A stretch of 64,000 bases of DNA from Acidobacteriota bacterium. Lineage in GTDB: Bacteria; Acidobacteriota; Terriglobia; Bryobacterales; Bryobacteraceae. A program made the translations under genes and the position numbers. Positions 9,385-19,800 of the stretch are shown here, piece by piece; within the stretch, counting starts at the first letter, position 1, and each line of letters begins with the position of its first letter. The notes beneath the pieces are model-generated. The model saw only the letters and a program-made list of their open reading frames with translations, was not told where the DNA came from and searched no databases. The DNA lies in the NCBI GenBank assembly GCA_038060875.1, contig JBBTDS010000210.1, forward strand, positions 37,167-101,166. Direction: 5' to 3'.

Positions 9385-12300
9385 TCAGAACATCAGCTTT
9401 AGCGCGAACTGCCACTTGCGCGGCGGGTCTTGCGCAGTGATCATGCCGAACGTGCTGGCGGTCGGGCTCGTGGACGGCATCTTCAGGTTGGGATGGTTCC
9501 AGGCGTTGATCGCCTCGGCGCGGAACTGGGCCTTCAGCTTCTCGGTGATGGGGAAGCTCTTGATGAGCCCGAAGTCCCAGCGCGCCTGGCCGTCGGCCCG
9601 CAGCCCGCCGAACCGCGGCGCGGAAGCCCGGATGTTGCTCGCCAACTGCTGGGCGCTGTTGCGATTGAAGCCGGCGTCGATGTTGAACCAGCGGTCCACG
9701 CTGCGCCTGTTCTTCGGCAGCTTGACGTCGTCAGGGTTGCCGGTGAACAGCGTCCAGACGTCGCCCCAATCGAGCGGAGGCCCGCTCTGGCGCTGCACCA
9801 TGCCGTTGAACTGCCATCCGCCGGCAAAGAAATCGACCGCTTTAGGCAGCGTTGCGCCGAAGCGCCGGCCGCGCCCGAACGGCAGCTCCCAGATCCAGCT
9901 TAGCACCAGCCGGTGCGTGCGGTCCTCCGGCGAAATCGACTCGTAGGGGACCGGATCGCTGGCATTCAAGAAGCTGGTGGCCGCCATCGTCTTCGACCAG
10001 GTATAGGCCAACTGGAAGGTGTAGCCGCGGGAGAAGCGCTTCTCGCCGCGGAGCTGGAGCGAGTGATACCACGAGAAGCCGATCGGCTCGGTCATCGACA
10101 CGCCGCCGAACTGTGGATAGGGGACCAGCAATCCGGAGCGGGAGATGTTCCGGCCGTAAATCGGATTGATTCCATACAACGGACTCGGGAATTGCTGGCT
10201 CAGGAAGTTGATCGCCTGCTGATCGCGCACTGGCGACCGGCTCAAGTACTGCCCCGGCAGTGCGTTGAAGTTGCGGAAGACTCCGATGCGCGAGCTGCGG
10301 TTGCCCACGTAGGCGGCTTCGGCGAGGAACTCGCCGGGCAGCAACTGTTGCACGCTGACGGACCATCGCTGGGCGTAGGGATGCTTGCGCTCGCGCGGGA
10401 AGAAACTGACCGACTGGCCGAGATTGGTGGCCAGGCCGTCCTTGGCGCCCAGCGGCTCCAGCAAGCCGGCCGGGAAGGGATCGGCCGGGGTGGCGATGTA
10501 AGTCAGCCCGCTATCCAGCGAGGCCTGAATCGGCGTGCTCATGCTGTAGCCGGTTTGGACCGCATCCGTAGTGTTGATGCCGATCGAGTCGTAGAAAAGG
10601 CCGTAGCCGCCGCGAAGGACGGTCTTGGGCCGCAGTTGCCAGGCGAAGCCGAAGCGCGGCAGCAAGTTGTTCTTCTCGCCCTTCCAGAAGGTGCGCGGGT
10701 TGCCGCCCGCGTTCGCATACGTGAGCCCGCCCCGCACCCGGAACTGGTCCACCGGGAGCTCGGGGATCGGGCTGGCCGCGTAGTTCGCCCGCGCCTGGGC
10801 CTCGATCGGGCTCGACTGGTCGAAGGCGAAGCCGGCCACCGAACGGTCAAACCTCTCGGTGATGGGCGCCTCGATCTCGTAGCGCAACCCGAGGTTCAGC
10901 GTCAGCTTCGGAGTGACTTTGAAATCGTCTTGAAAGTAGAGGCCGAGGTACTTGTCCTGCTCGGCGTAACTGGCCGAGCGAGTCATCTGGCCGCCGGGGA
11001 TGCCCAGCAGGAAGGCGGCCACTTCGCCGCCCAGCGCCGGCGCCGGGGAGTTGTCCAGAGGCCCGCGCGTGTACGTGCTGGAGAAAGAGAGTTGCGGGGA
11101 GATATCGAGCGTGTAGTCAAAGTAGCTTTCGCGGTATACGCGAACGTCGGCGCCAAACCGGAAGCTGTGGTTGCCCCGCAGCTTGGTCAGGTTCGCATTG
11201 AACGAATGGATCAGCCACGATCTGCGGTAATCAGCACCGTCGCTGATCTGCCGGAACGGGGAGACATTCACGTTGGGGAAGGTGGCGATCTTCTTGTTAG
11301 AGGAGAGGTTGACGAGCCGGGGAGAGAAGCCCAGCGAGGCCACGTCGAAGCCGCGGCTGAGGCGGTAGCGGGTGTGATCCTGCTCCGTCAGCCCGTAGCG
11401 GAGGTTCAGGAAGAAGGTTGGGTTGAAGACATACACATCGTCCAAGGCGATGCCCCGCTTCTCGCGCTGGTTCTTTCCGCCGGTGATTTCGTCCTCGAAG
11501 TACTGATTGACCTTGCTCGACCAGGAATCCCGGTGGATGCGCACGAACAGGCGATGGTCCTGGCTGAAGGCGTGATCGACCCGGGCTATGTGCATCAGGT
11601 CGGGGAACGAGCCCGGCTTGAAACTCACGTGGTTGTTGCGGTTTTCTCGCGTGCCGGTCGAGTTGGGCTTCGGCCAGAAATTCAGGATGTTCTTGGCCAC
11701 CGGGTCGAGGCGGCTGGGCGGGATGACGTTTGTCGGGATCGGATCGCGGGTGAAGCGCCCGCCCGGGGCCGTCCGGGTGGTGAGCGGATCGTAGATCTGG
11801 TAGTTGGCGCCGAGGGCCAGCAGCTCGGAGAGGTCCCCGCGCCGCATCGCGTCCGTCGGGACGGTGTTGATGAAATTGTCCGGCGCGGTGTTCGGGTTCC
11901 ACTCCCAGGAATAGAACCAGAACGTCTTGTTGCGGCCGTTGTACAGGCGCGGAAGTTGCACCGGCCCGCCAAAGGAGACGCCAAAACGGTTGTCCTGGTA
12001 GACAGGGAGCTGCTGGCCGGAACGGTTCTGGAAGATGGTCGGCGCATCGAACACCCGGTTGCGCGCGAACCAGTGGGCCGCGCCGTGGTAGTCGTTCGTG
12101 CCGCTCTTGATGCTGACGTTCACCAGCGCGCCCAAGGTGTAGCCGACGGCCGCGTCAAACGACGAGGTCTGCACCTTGAACTCGCCGACCGCCAACTGCG
12201 GAGGGATGAAACCAACGGTCTGGTCGTGCGCGTTGCTGACCCCGTCAATGGTGAACTCGTGCTTATACTGGCCGACGCCGTCGGCGGAAAACTGCGATTG

Positions 12301-12834
12301 GGCGGCGGGCGTGCCGGTGCTTCTCTCGCGCAGGTCGGTCGCGTTGGCAACTCCCGGCGCCAGCAGCGTGAAGGCGAAGGTGCCACCTCCCCAACCGGGC
12401 AACTCGATAATGCGGCGCTCGTCCACCACCTGACCCAGCGAGGCTTCGGCGGTGCTCAGCAGCGGGGGCTCGCCGGTCACCTCTACCGACTCGGTGAGGT
12501 CGCCCACCTGCATCTGGATGTCAACCTCCACCGTGTCGTTGACTCGCACGTGAATGCCCGGCCGGACAAACTTCTTGAAGCCGCTCAGCTCCGCCTGGAG
12601 CGTGTAGGCGCCCGGCAACAGGTACGGCAGCACGTAGTTGCCGGCCTCGTTGGTTTTGGCGGCCGCCGATACGCCGGTGGCGACGTTGGTGACGCGGACG
12701 CCGGCGCCGACGACGACGGCCCCGCTGGGATCGGTGACCCGGCCCAGAACGCTGCCGCGCGCATCCTGCGCGGGGAGCGAAGCGGGCAGCAGGAGGACGG
12801 CTGCGGCTATGGCCGCTGACAGACGGTCAAACAT
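9385..12834 (-). CDS. TonB-dependent receptor T2 (group A)
   Basis: The start is set at ATG 12834 (MFDRLSAAIAAAVLLLPASLPAQDARGS...), preceded by GGAGG. The ORF-track start at 12930 would read through a receptor fossil. The C-terminus is ...FALKLMF. Confidence 0.9.
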   Translation of the reverse strand: MFDRLSAAIAAAVLLLPASLPAQDARGSVLGRVTDPSGAVVVGAGVRVTNVATGVSAAAKTNEAGNYVLPYLLPGAYTLQAELSGFKKFVRPGIHVRVNDTVEVDIQMQVGDLTESVEVTGEPPLLSTAEASLGQVVDERRIIELPGWGGGTFAFTLLAPGVANATDLRERSTGTPAAQSQFSADGVGQYKHEFTIDGVSNAHDQTVGFIPPQLAVGEFKVQTSSFDAAVGYTLGALVNVSIKSGTNDYHGAAHWFARNRVFDAPTIFQNRSGQQLPVYQDNRFGVSFGGPVQLPRLYNGRNKTFWFYSWEWNPNTAPDNFINTVPTDAMRRGDLSELLALGANYQIYDPLTTRTAPGGRFTRDPIPTNVIPPSRLDPVAKNILNFWPKPNSTGTRENRNNHVSFKPGSFPDLMHIARVDHAFSQDHRLFVRIHRDSWSSKVNQYFEDEITGGKNQREKRGIALDDVYVFNPTFFLNLRYGLTEQDHTRYRLSRGFDVASLGFSPRLVNLSSNKKIATFPNVNVSPFRQISDGADYRRSWLIHSFNANLTKLRGNHSFRFGADVRVYRESYFDYTLDISPQLSFSSTYTRGPLDNSPAPALGGEVAAFLLGIPGGQMTRSASYAEQDKYLGLYFQDDFKVTPKLTLNLGLRYEIEAPITERFDRSVAGFAFDQSSPIEAQARANYAASPIPELPVDQFRVRGGLTYANAGGNPRTFWKGEKNNLLPRFGFAWQLRPKTVLRGGYGLFYDSIGINTTDAVQTGYSMSTPIQASLDSGLTYIATPADPFPAGLLEPLGAKDGLATNLGQSVSFFPRERKHPYAQRWSVSVQQLLPGEFLAEAAYVGNRSSRIGVFRNFNALPGQYLSRSPVRDQQAINFLSQQFPSPLYGINPIYGRNISRSGLLVPYPQFGGVSMTEPIGFSWYHSLQLRGEKRFSRGYTFQLAYTWSKTMAATSFLNASDPVPYESISPEDRTHRLVLSWIWELPFGRGRRFGATLPKAVDFFAGGWQFNGMVQRQSGPPLDWGDVWTLFTGNPDDVKLPKNRRSVDRWFNIDAGFNRNSAQQLASNIRASAPRFGGLRADGQARWDFGLIKSFPITEKLKAQFRAEAINAWNHPNLKMPSTSPTASTFGMITAQDPPRKWQFALKLMF

Positions 12835-12849
12835 GATCAAACCTCCTCG

Positions 12850-12871
12850 GAACTTCAGCCACAGCGACATG
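12850..12871 (-). other. 22-nt relic of a group-A receptor 3' end
   Basis: gaacttcagccacagcgacatg is identical to 27089-27110, the last codons (MSLWLKF) of T5. Here the stop codon has been replaced (TAA to CGA). Confidence 0.55.
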
Positions 12872-12892
12872 TCAAGCCGCTCCAGGCGGGAG

Positions 12893-14212
12893 CTATGTTG
12901 CTGCGTAAGCCTTCTTGATCGCCGCGACAATCCCGTTCAAGTCGGCGGTGGTGTCCTTCACTCCGATGGGGACACCGGCGCAACGATTGAAGATCTCCGC
13001 CGTCCGCGGGCAACACTGCGCGCCGTACCGGATCGCCTTTCCGTGCGGCGTGTTGAAGGACGGCCACGCGGGATGGGGCGCGGCCTTGTTCTCGATATAC
13101 GGCGCTCCCGGCAGGTGGAGCGAGCCGCCCGGCGGCGATGCCGCGACCTTGGCCGCCCGCATGGCCCCCACAAAACGGTCGCGAAGCTCCTTGGTCTGGA
13201 AGAGGTGGTAGACGGACAACCCAATCTCTCCTTCCGGATCGGGGAGCGGCCGCAGCTTCACTCCAGGCAGGTCCCCGATCTGCTCCCGCACAAATCGGGC
13301 ATTACGCCGGAAACGCTCGAGGACCGTGTCCAGCTTTCGCAACTGCGCCCGCATCACCGCGCCGGTCATCTCATTCATCCGGTAGTTGAGGCCGGCGAAT
13401 TCCGTCATCGCCGCCGTCCCCAAGGCCGCACGGTGCCCCGGCCTAAGCATGCCGAGATCGTGGAAGCGAGCCGCCCGCTCAAACAGGGCCGGGTCGCTGG
13501 TCAGTACGGCTCCGCCTTCCCCTGCCGTGATCGTCTTCGAGATCTGGAAGCTGAATATGCCGATGTCTCCGATCGCAGCCAGGCGCTTGCCCTTGTACTG
13601 CGCGCCGACGCTTTGAGCGGCGTCCTCCAACACCCGAATCTTATGCTTGCGGGTCACCGCCAGGATCCTGTCCATGTCGGCGGGACCTCCGTAGAGGTGC
13701 AGCACCATGACGGCCTTCGTCCGCGGCGTGATCTTCTTTTCGATGTCCTCCGGGTCGATGGTGAGTGACTCATCGGCCTCGGCGAACACCGGCAGCGCGC
13801 CGGTCATCACGATGGCGTTGTAGCAGGCGTACCAGCCCCAGGCGGGGAGGATCACCTCGTCCCCCGGTCCGACGCCCAACGCCGTCAGGGCGGTGTGCAG
13901 CGCGGCGGTTCCAGATGTCACGGCCAGCGCGTACTTGGCGCCCATGTATTTCGCCAGCTCTTCCTCGAACTTCGTCACCTTCGCCGGCGTTCCCGGCCCG
14001 TACCATCGGAACAGCGTTCGGGATTCCAGCGCCTCGTTAAGTTCCAGTCGTTCCTGCTCGTCGTAGAGCTGGGCGCCAGGATAAGAGGTTGGCGGTCTCG
14101 TCGATTTAGCGGCTTCCGGCGCTGTCTGGCCCCGAACCAGGAGCGCACTCCCCGCTCCTGGAACGGCGGCGAGCAACGCCCTGCGCCTGATGTACAGAGT
14201 TTCCTTTTCCAT
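12893..14212 (-). CDS. DegT/DnrJ/EryC1/StrS-family PLP aminotransferase with twin-arginine signal
   Basis: The start is set at ATG 14212 (GGGAG upstream). The N-terminus is MEKETLYIRRRALLAAVPGAGSALLV. Family motifs present: AVTSGTAALHTAL, ILPAWGW, EDAAQSVGA, and FSFQISKTITAGEGG containing the PLP lysine. Confidence 0.85.
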   Translation of the reverse strand: MEKETLYIRRRALLAAVPGAGSALLVRGQTAPEAAKSTRPPTSYPGAQLYDEQERLELNEALESRTLFRWYGPGTPAKVTKFEEELAKYMGAKYALAVTSGTAALHTALTALGVGPGDEVILPAWGWYACYNAIVMTGALPVFAEADESLTIDPEDIEKKITPRTKAVMVLHLYGGPADMDRILAVTRKHKIRVLEDAAQSVGAQYKGKRLAAIGDIGIFSFQISKTITAGEGGAVLTSDPALFERAARFHDLGMLRPGHRAALGTAAMTEFAGLNYRMNEMTGAVMRAQLRKLDTVLERFRRNARFVREQIGDLPGVKLRPLPDPEGEIGLSVYHLFQTKELRDRFVGAMRAAKVAASPPGGSLHLPGAPYIENKAAPHPAWPSFNTPHGKAIRYGAQCCPRTAEIFNRCAGVPIGVKDTTADLNGIVAAIKKAYAAT

Positions 14213-14226
14213 GTTCTCCCTCACGT

Positions 14227-16812
14227 CTACAAAAGTATCTGTGCCGCAGAGTCTTGCGCCCGTGAGCGTGGGCGCGAAAGGGATCGCCGGTGGCCCGCGG
14301 CACTTCCAGCTTGACCAGCGTCCCCACTCGTTTTCTGTGCCGTCTCGATGATGCGGAAGCTCAGACCGCCGCGAATGCCCCAGTTCGGGTAGTACTGCAG
14401 CTTCACGTACCCCTCCTCGATGCTCATCCCCGGGTCGCGGTCAACGGCGATCACCGTGTCCTGGGCCTGGCGCATGACGGACTGGACCAAGAAGCCGCGG
14501 GTGCTGCCGTCGCCGTCGGTGGTCAGCAGCAACCTGCCGTTCAGATCCTTGTCCGGCAATTGGGAATCCGTCACGAACGCGTTCTGTGCATCCCCCTGTG
14601 GGACGCGAAGCGTCCCTCTCACGGCGCCGGCGTAGGCCGCCTGGCCTGCCAGCAATGCCTGGCCGGCTTCTAGCGCGCGGGCGTCCGCCATGTAGAGCGC
14701 TCGAGTGCGGTGGTCAGCCGTGGACACGTAACCAAAGCGCCCGCGCAGCGCTATGCCGTTGCCGGCGACCTCGCCTGCCTCCTCGAGGGTAGAGAGGATC
14801 GTGTCCATGCGATCTCCGAACTCCACTTGCACTGCCACCGCCATTGCAGAGGAGCGCTCCGGCGCCAGCAGCTTCACCGAATGTACCCGTGGCTGCAACA
14901 CGTACGGCTCGTGCACGGCAACGAAGACGGACTCCGGCTCTACGCGGCGCACAGCGAGGAACGTCTGCATCCCTGCTCGCCGCATCGCCGGTCCCTCCGC
15001 GAGGACCACCTCCGTGCCCGCGGCGCCCAGCATGGTCGTGCGAAGCCTCTCTCCAGCCGCCGCCACGAACTCCGCTTGCCACGTGCTGTCCGTGCGAGCT
15101 GAGCGGAGCGACTTCAGCCAGGTGTGCAGCTCTCCGGCGCGCGGCTGGAGTGGCAGTGATGCCTCGACCGTGTATTCGTCCTGGAGCGGGCCATGCAGCA
15201 TCCAGTCGTGCACCTGGCCGCCGCGCACGCGGAAGATGTCGACGAAGTAGACGTCCTCGCCCCCGCTCTCCACCATCGCCAGCGTGCGGCGGTAGAGTGT
15301 CACGCGATCTGCGGGGTAAGCACGGTGCCCGTCGGCTTCCACGACCTGCACACCCGGGCCATCGGTGGCGAACAGGCGCAGCATGCCATCGGTCAGCACG
15401 TCGCCGTGATTGATGTGGGTGCGGGCAAACCAGAAATCCTCGACGCCCGGCTCATCATCGATCTCGCTGAACTTACGCCGGGGCGCCCTACCCCGAGAGT
15501 ACTGGTTCCGCTCGTCCACGACCACGGTGTTATGCCCGGCCGTGCCGGACTGCCACTCCCGGTTGCCCAGGTATTCCGTCTCGGAGAGCAGCTCTTTGTT
15601 TTTGGCCCACAGGAAGAAGTTGAGGCTGTCCGCATGCTCGTGGCCGTCGGCGCCGGAGAAGTGCAGGTGCGCCTGCACCTGGTCGGCTCCCTTGCCCCGC
15701 CCGAGGACCGCGTGGCCAGCCCAGGTGTGCAAGAGGGGGCGCGATTCCACGGGCCTGTAGTCCTTTAGCACCCCGTAGCAGTCCCAGCGGTCGGCGGTGT
15801 TGTCTTTCCAGTGCGTGTCGTGAACGGCCGCGTAATGCCCATTGGGCAGGATCCACTGCTGCATCGCCCGCGCCGCTTCCTCCAGGAACGGCGCGTACCG
15901 TTGGGCGAAGCCCGCGTGGTCGAAGCGCGTGCCGTCCACCGGGTCGTGGTACCCAGGAGGATCCGAATAGGCGGCCAAGCAGGCGGCGGGATAGTTGAGC
16001 GCCCATCGGCCACTGATCATCATGTGGTAACTGGGAGAGCCCTCATGCCAGAAGGCGTCGGCGGAGTAGGAGATCCTGCGCAGGCCCTCGCCGAAGCGGA
16101 TCGCCCGGTGAACCAGCTCGGGATCGCCCAACGCCTGGCCCCATACGAGCATTCCCTCGAGCAGATCGGCCTCGGTGTTGCCGTAGAAGAGCGGGTAGCG
16201 GTCATTGATCGCCAGATTCGCATAAAGCAGGTCACGCTCGATCTTCAAGCGGACATCCTGGCCCCTCCCCTGGCTCAGTTTCTCTATCTGCCCGCTGCCC
16301 ACAATCTGGTCGTAGGCGAGGGCGAGGGGATGGGACTGCTGGAGATCGTAGGGGTGCCATGTGCTCCAGAAAGCGCCGTAATGCGGCGGCATCCACACGC
16401 CGTATTGGAGCAGAGCCACGTCGTGGGGATAGGTCGTGGCTCCCTCCTGGTCGAAGAACGGCCAGACCCCAATGACCTCCGCATAACGCTCGAGGATGAC
16501 GGCGCACTTGTAGGCGTATCGAGGGTCGCGCGTCCAAGAATACCAATGCGCCAGGCGCTTGAGCACCCGCAGCATAAGCGCGTTATCGCCCCGCCGCGCG
16601 CCGCGTTCGTCAATGCGCGCGCGCAGCTCCTGGTCGGACTTGTCCTCCCAGCTTGCGTCTTCGACCTCCCGTGGCGACCTCATCCAAATGGGATGTTCCG
16701 GAGGGTAAACAGGATGTTGCACCTGGTAGTTGCGGCTCGCCGGGTGCACACGGACCCGCCCGGCCGGCAAGCCCGCCACGGAAGCAATGGACAAAAACTG
16801 TCTTCGTTTCAT
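14227..16812 (-). CDS. heparinase II/III-like protein with Tat-type signal
   Basis: The start is set at ATG 16812 (MKRRQFLSIASVAGL). GHEHADSLNFFLWAKNKELL...GTAGHNTVVVDE matches the Hepar_II_III signature region. The stop lies 2 nt before the DegT ORF. Confidence 0.75.
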   Translation of the reverse strand: MKRRQFLSIASVAGLPAGRVRVHPASRNYQVQHPVYPPEHPIWMRSPREVEDASWEDKSDQELRARIDERGARRGDNALMLRVLKRLAHWYSWTRDPRYAYKCAVILERYAEVIGVWPFFDQEGATTYPHDVALLQYGVWMPPHYGAFWSTWHPYDLQQSHPLALAYDQIVGSGQIEKLSQGRGQDVRLKIERDLLYANLAINDRYPLFYGNTEADLLEGMLVWGQALGDPELVHRAIRFGEGLRRISYSADAFWHEGSPSYHMMISGRWALNYPAACLAAYSDPPGYHDPVDGTRFDHAGFAQRYAPFLEEAARAMQQWILPNGHYAAVHDTHWKDNTADRWDCYGVLKDYRPVESRPLLHTWAGHAVLGRGKGADQVQAHLHFSGADGHEHADSLNFFLWAKNKELLSETEYLGNREWQSGTAGHNTVVVDERNQYSRGRAPRRKFSEIDDEPGVEDFWFARTHINHGDVLTDGMLRLFATDGPGVQVVEADGHRAYPADRVTLYRRTLAMVESGGEDVYFVDIFRVRGGQVHDWMLHGPLQDEYTVEASLPLQPRAGELHTWLKSLRSARTDSTWQAEFVAAAGERLRTTMLGAAGTEVVLAEGPAMRRAGMQTFLAVRRVEPESVFVAVHEPYVLQPRVHSVKLLAPERSSAMAVAVQVEFGDRMDTILSTLEEAGEVAGNGIALRGRFGYVSTADHRTRALYMADARALEAGQALLAGQAAYAGAVRGTLRVPQGDAQNAFVTDSQLPDKDLNGRLLLTTDGDGSTRGFLVQSVMRQAQDTVIAVDRDPGMSIEEGYVKLQYYPNWGIRGGLSFRIIETAQKTSGDAGQAGSAAGHRRSLSRPRSRAQDSAAQILL

Positions 16813-16825
16813 CGCCCTGCCTGAG

Positions 16826-19800
16826 CTACCAAAGCAGCCGGGCAGTGAACTGCATGCTGCGTGCGGAAGCACCGCTCAAGTAAGTGTACCGTATGCCCTG
16901 CGAGTTGACCGAGGCTGGTTGCTGCGGGCTGTTGGTGGGGTTGAATAGGTCCCACTGGATCCGCAGCCGCATCCGCTCGTGGATTGGGAACGACTTGAAC
17001 AGCGAAGAGCTCAGCGTCCACAGGCCCGGACCCTCCACATACTGGTTCTGGAGCGGAGCGATGCCGCCCCAGGTCCCGCGGAAGACCGTGCCATCCTTCA
17101 GCGGAATGAACACGGTGTTGGTTCCGTAGTAGGGAGCATTCGGATCGTTGGGGAGGGGAGTCGCCGGGAACGGAATCAGGGGCTGGAAGGCCGGCTTGTA
17201 ATTGCCCGGAACACCCATGATGCCGTTCGGGTTGCCCCTGGCATCCACGCTGTTGATCTGCGCCGGATTGATATAGCCGTTGTGGTAGAGGAAGCCGGAG
17301 AGGCAGCCGCCGCTGCGGCAATCCTGGATCGGATACTTCCTGCCGTAAATCTCGAAGGGGTTGCCGGTCGGGAACTGACTGTCCGGAAGCGCGAACCAGT
17401 TCGTTCTCCAGGAGCCTACGCCGGAAATCTGCCATCCTCCGGCGAGCGCATCGAGCACTCCGTGCATATTGCGGCCGAGCAGTTTGCCCTTGCCGACCGG
17501 CACATCGGCGACCCAATTCCAGGACAGGCGCTGTCTGGGGACGCGGTTGTTGTAAGCCTCGCGAGAGTAGAACACCAGCCGCTCAATCTGGGGCTGGTTC
17601 AGGCCCGCCACCTGGCTGTCGAGGTAGGAAGTGGCGGGGAGAAGGGTGCCTTGCGTGCCCTGGTCGTCTATGAGGCCCAAGGAGGAGGCGTTGCTGATGA
17701 CGTAAAACACCTGGTAACCGATGCCTTCGCTGTAGTGGCGCTTCACCTCGAACTGCAGGCCGGTGAAGTTGGAATACCCATACTTGCCGGATTCGCGGAT
17801 GTCACCATAGATGGCGTCATACGGGCGGCTGGCGCCGGCGGAAGTCGGATAGGGCGTTCCCACATTCGAGGCCCATATGAAGAAGCTGGGCTGCGGATTG
17901 ATGTTGCGGACCGCGTCAAGATAGGCGGCATGGTTGCCGACCCAACCCACCCGCACCAGCGTCTTGAACCGGACTTCCTTTTCCAGCGTCAGGTTCCAGT
18001 CGTGTACGCGGGCGTCGGGATAATGGGGATCGATGAACGCGCCGGTGAGGGCGCCGGCAGTAAGCCCGAGGCTGCCTCCGGGGTTGTCGAGAACATTGCG
18101 GGTATTCTGGCCGGCCACGTAGGTCGGGACGCTGCGCATGCTCCATCCTGGCCGGCCATCGGGGTAGTAGCCTACGCTATCCGGCGCGTAGATCGGATTG
18201 CTCCTGAACGGAATGCCAACGCTGAAGTTGTCCACCAGCGTTTTCATCGGGGTGGTGACGTAAACGAGGCTGTACCCGCCGCGCACCACCAGCGGGCGGT
18301 TCCCTCCGCTGGTCTGATAGGCAAAGCCCAGCCGCGGCGCGAAGTTCTTCCAGTTGCCGAAGATCAGATTCTGCGGCAGCCCGGCCGGCTTGTGATCGAC
18401 GAACGTCACGCCCAGGCTCTGGAGCCGGGCCACGGCGGGCGCCATGACCGGGTTAATCTGGTAATACCGGTCCAGGGGCTGCGTCAGGACGATAGCTTTT
18501 TGCGCGAGGTCGAGTCCCGTGATATTACCGTACTTCTCGTGTATGGCCGGGGAGGCCTGCCAGCGCAAGCCGAGGTTCAGCGTGAGCCGCCGTGTCACCT
18601 TGAAGTTGTCCTGAAAATACGCGGCGTACTGGTTCTCGCGCATGTAGAAGTAGCCGGGGATGGTCAGCATCGAATAGTTCATCTGGCCGAGGTAGGAGCT
18701 GGCGATCTGGTGTCCCGTCAGCGGCGTCGTACGGGGAGACGCGGCGGTTCCGGCAGGGTCCCACAGCGCCGTCCAGTTCGCCACCGGAGACTCCTGGCCG
18801 GCGACCTGCTGCTGCTGCGCCAGATAGTTGATCAGGTCGCGGCGAAAGTGGACTCCCATGGTCAACTGGTGGCGCCCCACCACCTTCGTCAGGTTGTCAT
18901 CGATCTGATAAAAGGTAGACTTATCGGCGTTCGGATAGACGGTTCGGTACTGGGTGCCGTTGAGCCCCAGGCTCAGGATGTCCGGCCACTGCTTGCGTCC
19001 GAGCGGGTTCGGCAGCCCCAGGCGAGCGGCCCAATCGACCGGGGCATCCGGGTCCGTCCCCTGATAGAACGCCTGCCGGTATATGGTGGCGAGCACTTCG
19101 TTAAACAGAGTGGGAGAAAAAGTGCGCACCCAGGACAAGGCCAGCGACTGGGACGGCGCGATGAAGGGACTGCGGTTGGCTGAATTCGTGAGAAGGGGAA
19201 GGGAGAATGGCTGGTCGCTCAGCGTGTAACCGTTGGAGTAGCGCGCATAGACCGTATCCCGCTCCGAGAAGCGATGATCGAGGCGCGCCGCCAGGGTCCA
19301 ACTGTTGTCCAACTGCCGGGCGTTGCCGTACCAATTGGAAGCTATCAGCGGATTGACACCGGGCAACGTCGGCTTCGGCGTGACGTCCATGAGTTGCTTC
19401 CAAAGGGGGGACATCCGGCCGGGATCGATGACATTTCGCCTGCCGCCGTTCATGAACGGCCGGCGCTGGAAGGTCGTCGGATTCGTTGTCCAGGGATCGT
19501 AAATCGTGATCGATTGGCCGGAGGAATTCACCAACCCGCTGAAGTCGCCGTTGCGCATGGCCTCGGTCGGAACCGAATAGTTGACGTCCGAGTTGGAGAC
19601 CCGCTGATCCCGTTCGTAGGCGAAGAACCAGAAGGTGCGGTTGCGGCCGTTGTAGATCTTGGGCAGCAGAACCGGGCCGCCGGCGCTCCCGCCGTATTGG
19701 GCGCGATTCGCGTACGCCGCCAGTGCATTGGAGGCCTCCCGCCTGCGGGCGCCACCCACCCGGCTGTTGCTGTGGGTCTCGAACAACGAGCCGTGGAGGC

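Noticed and set aside
9913-12819. Very long plus-strand ORFs antisense to the receptors and enzymes (for example 968 aa at 9913-12819, 734 aa at 16979-19183, 545 aa at 2811-4448, and 460 aa at 8020-9402 mirroring the ceramidase-like gene).
   Set aside because: Their translations are Arg/Gly/Ala/Pro-rich low-complexity sequence with no motifs. They mirror well-supported minus-strand genes. Stop-free antisense frames are expected in high-GC DNA.
12870-12875. TTGACA on the minus strand upstream of T2 as a promoter -35.
   Set aside because: There is no acceptable -10 hexamer at 16-19 nt (it reads TTCCGA/GAAGTT) and only 35 nt remain to the ATG. The hexamer lies at the edge of the receptor 3' relic.
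12835-12930. N-terminal extensions offered by the ORF track for T2 (to 12930), T4 (to 24191), T7 (to 38062), creatininase (to 39089), T10 (to 59286), heparinase (to 16872), gntR (to 46513) and others.
   Set aside because: The extensions lack signal peptides and run through gene fossils or through the promoter -35/-10 boxes. Internal ATGs with strong GGAGG-type sites immediately precede canonical signal peptides.
12893-16812. Reading DegT plus neighbours as an O-antigen, EPS or secondary-metabolite sugar biosynthesis cluster.
   Set aside because: There are no glycosyltransferases, nucleotidyltransferases, dehydratases, flippases or polymerases nearby. Both proteins carry export signals and are flanked by uptake receptors, so a catabolic context is more parsimonious.
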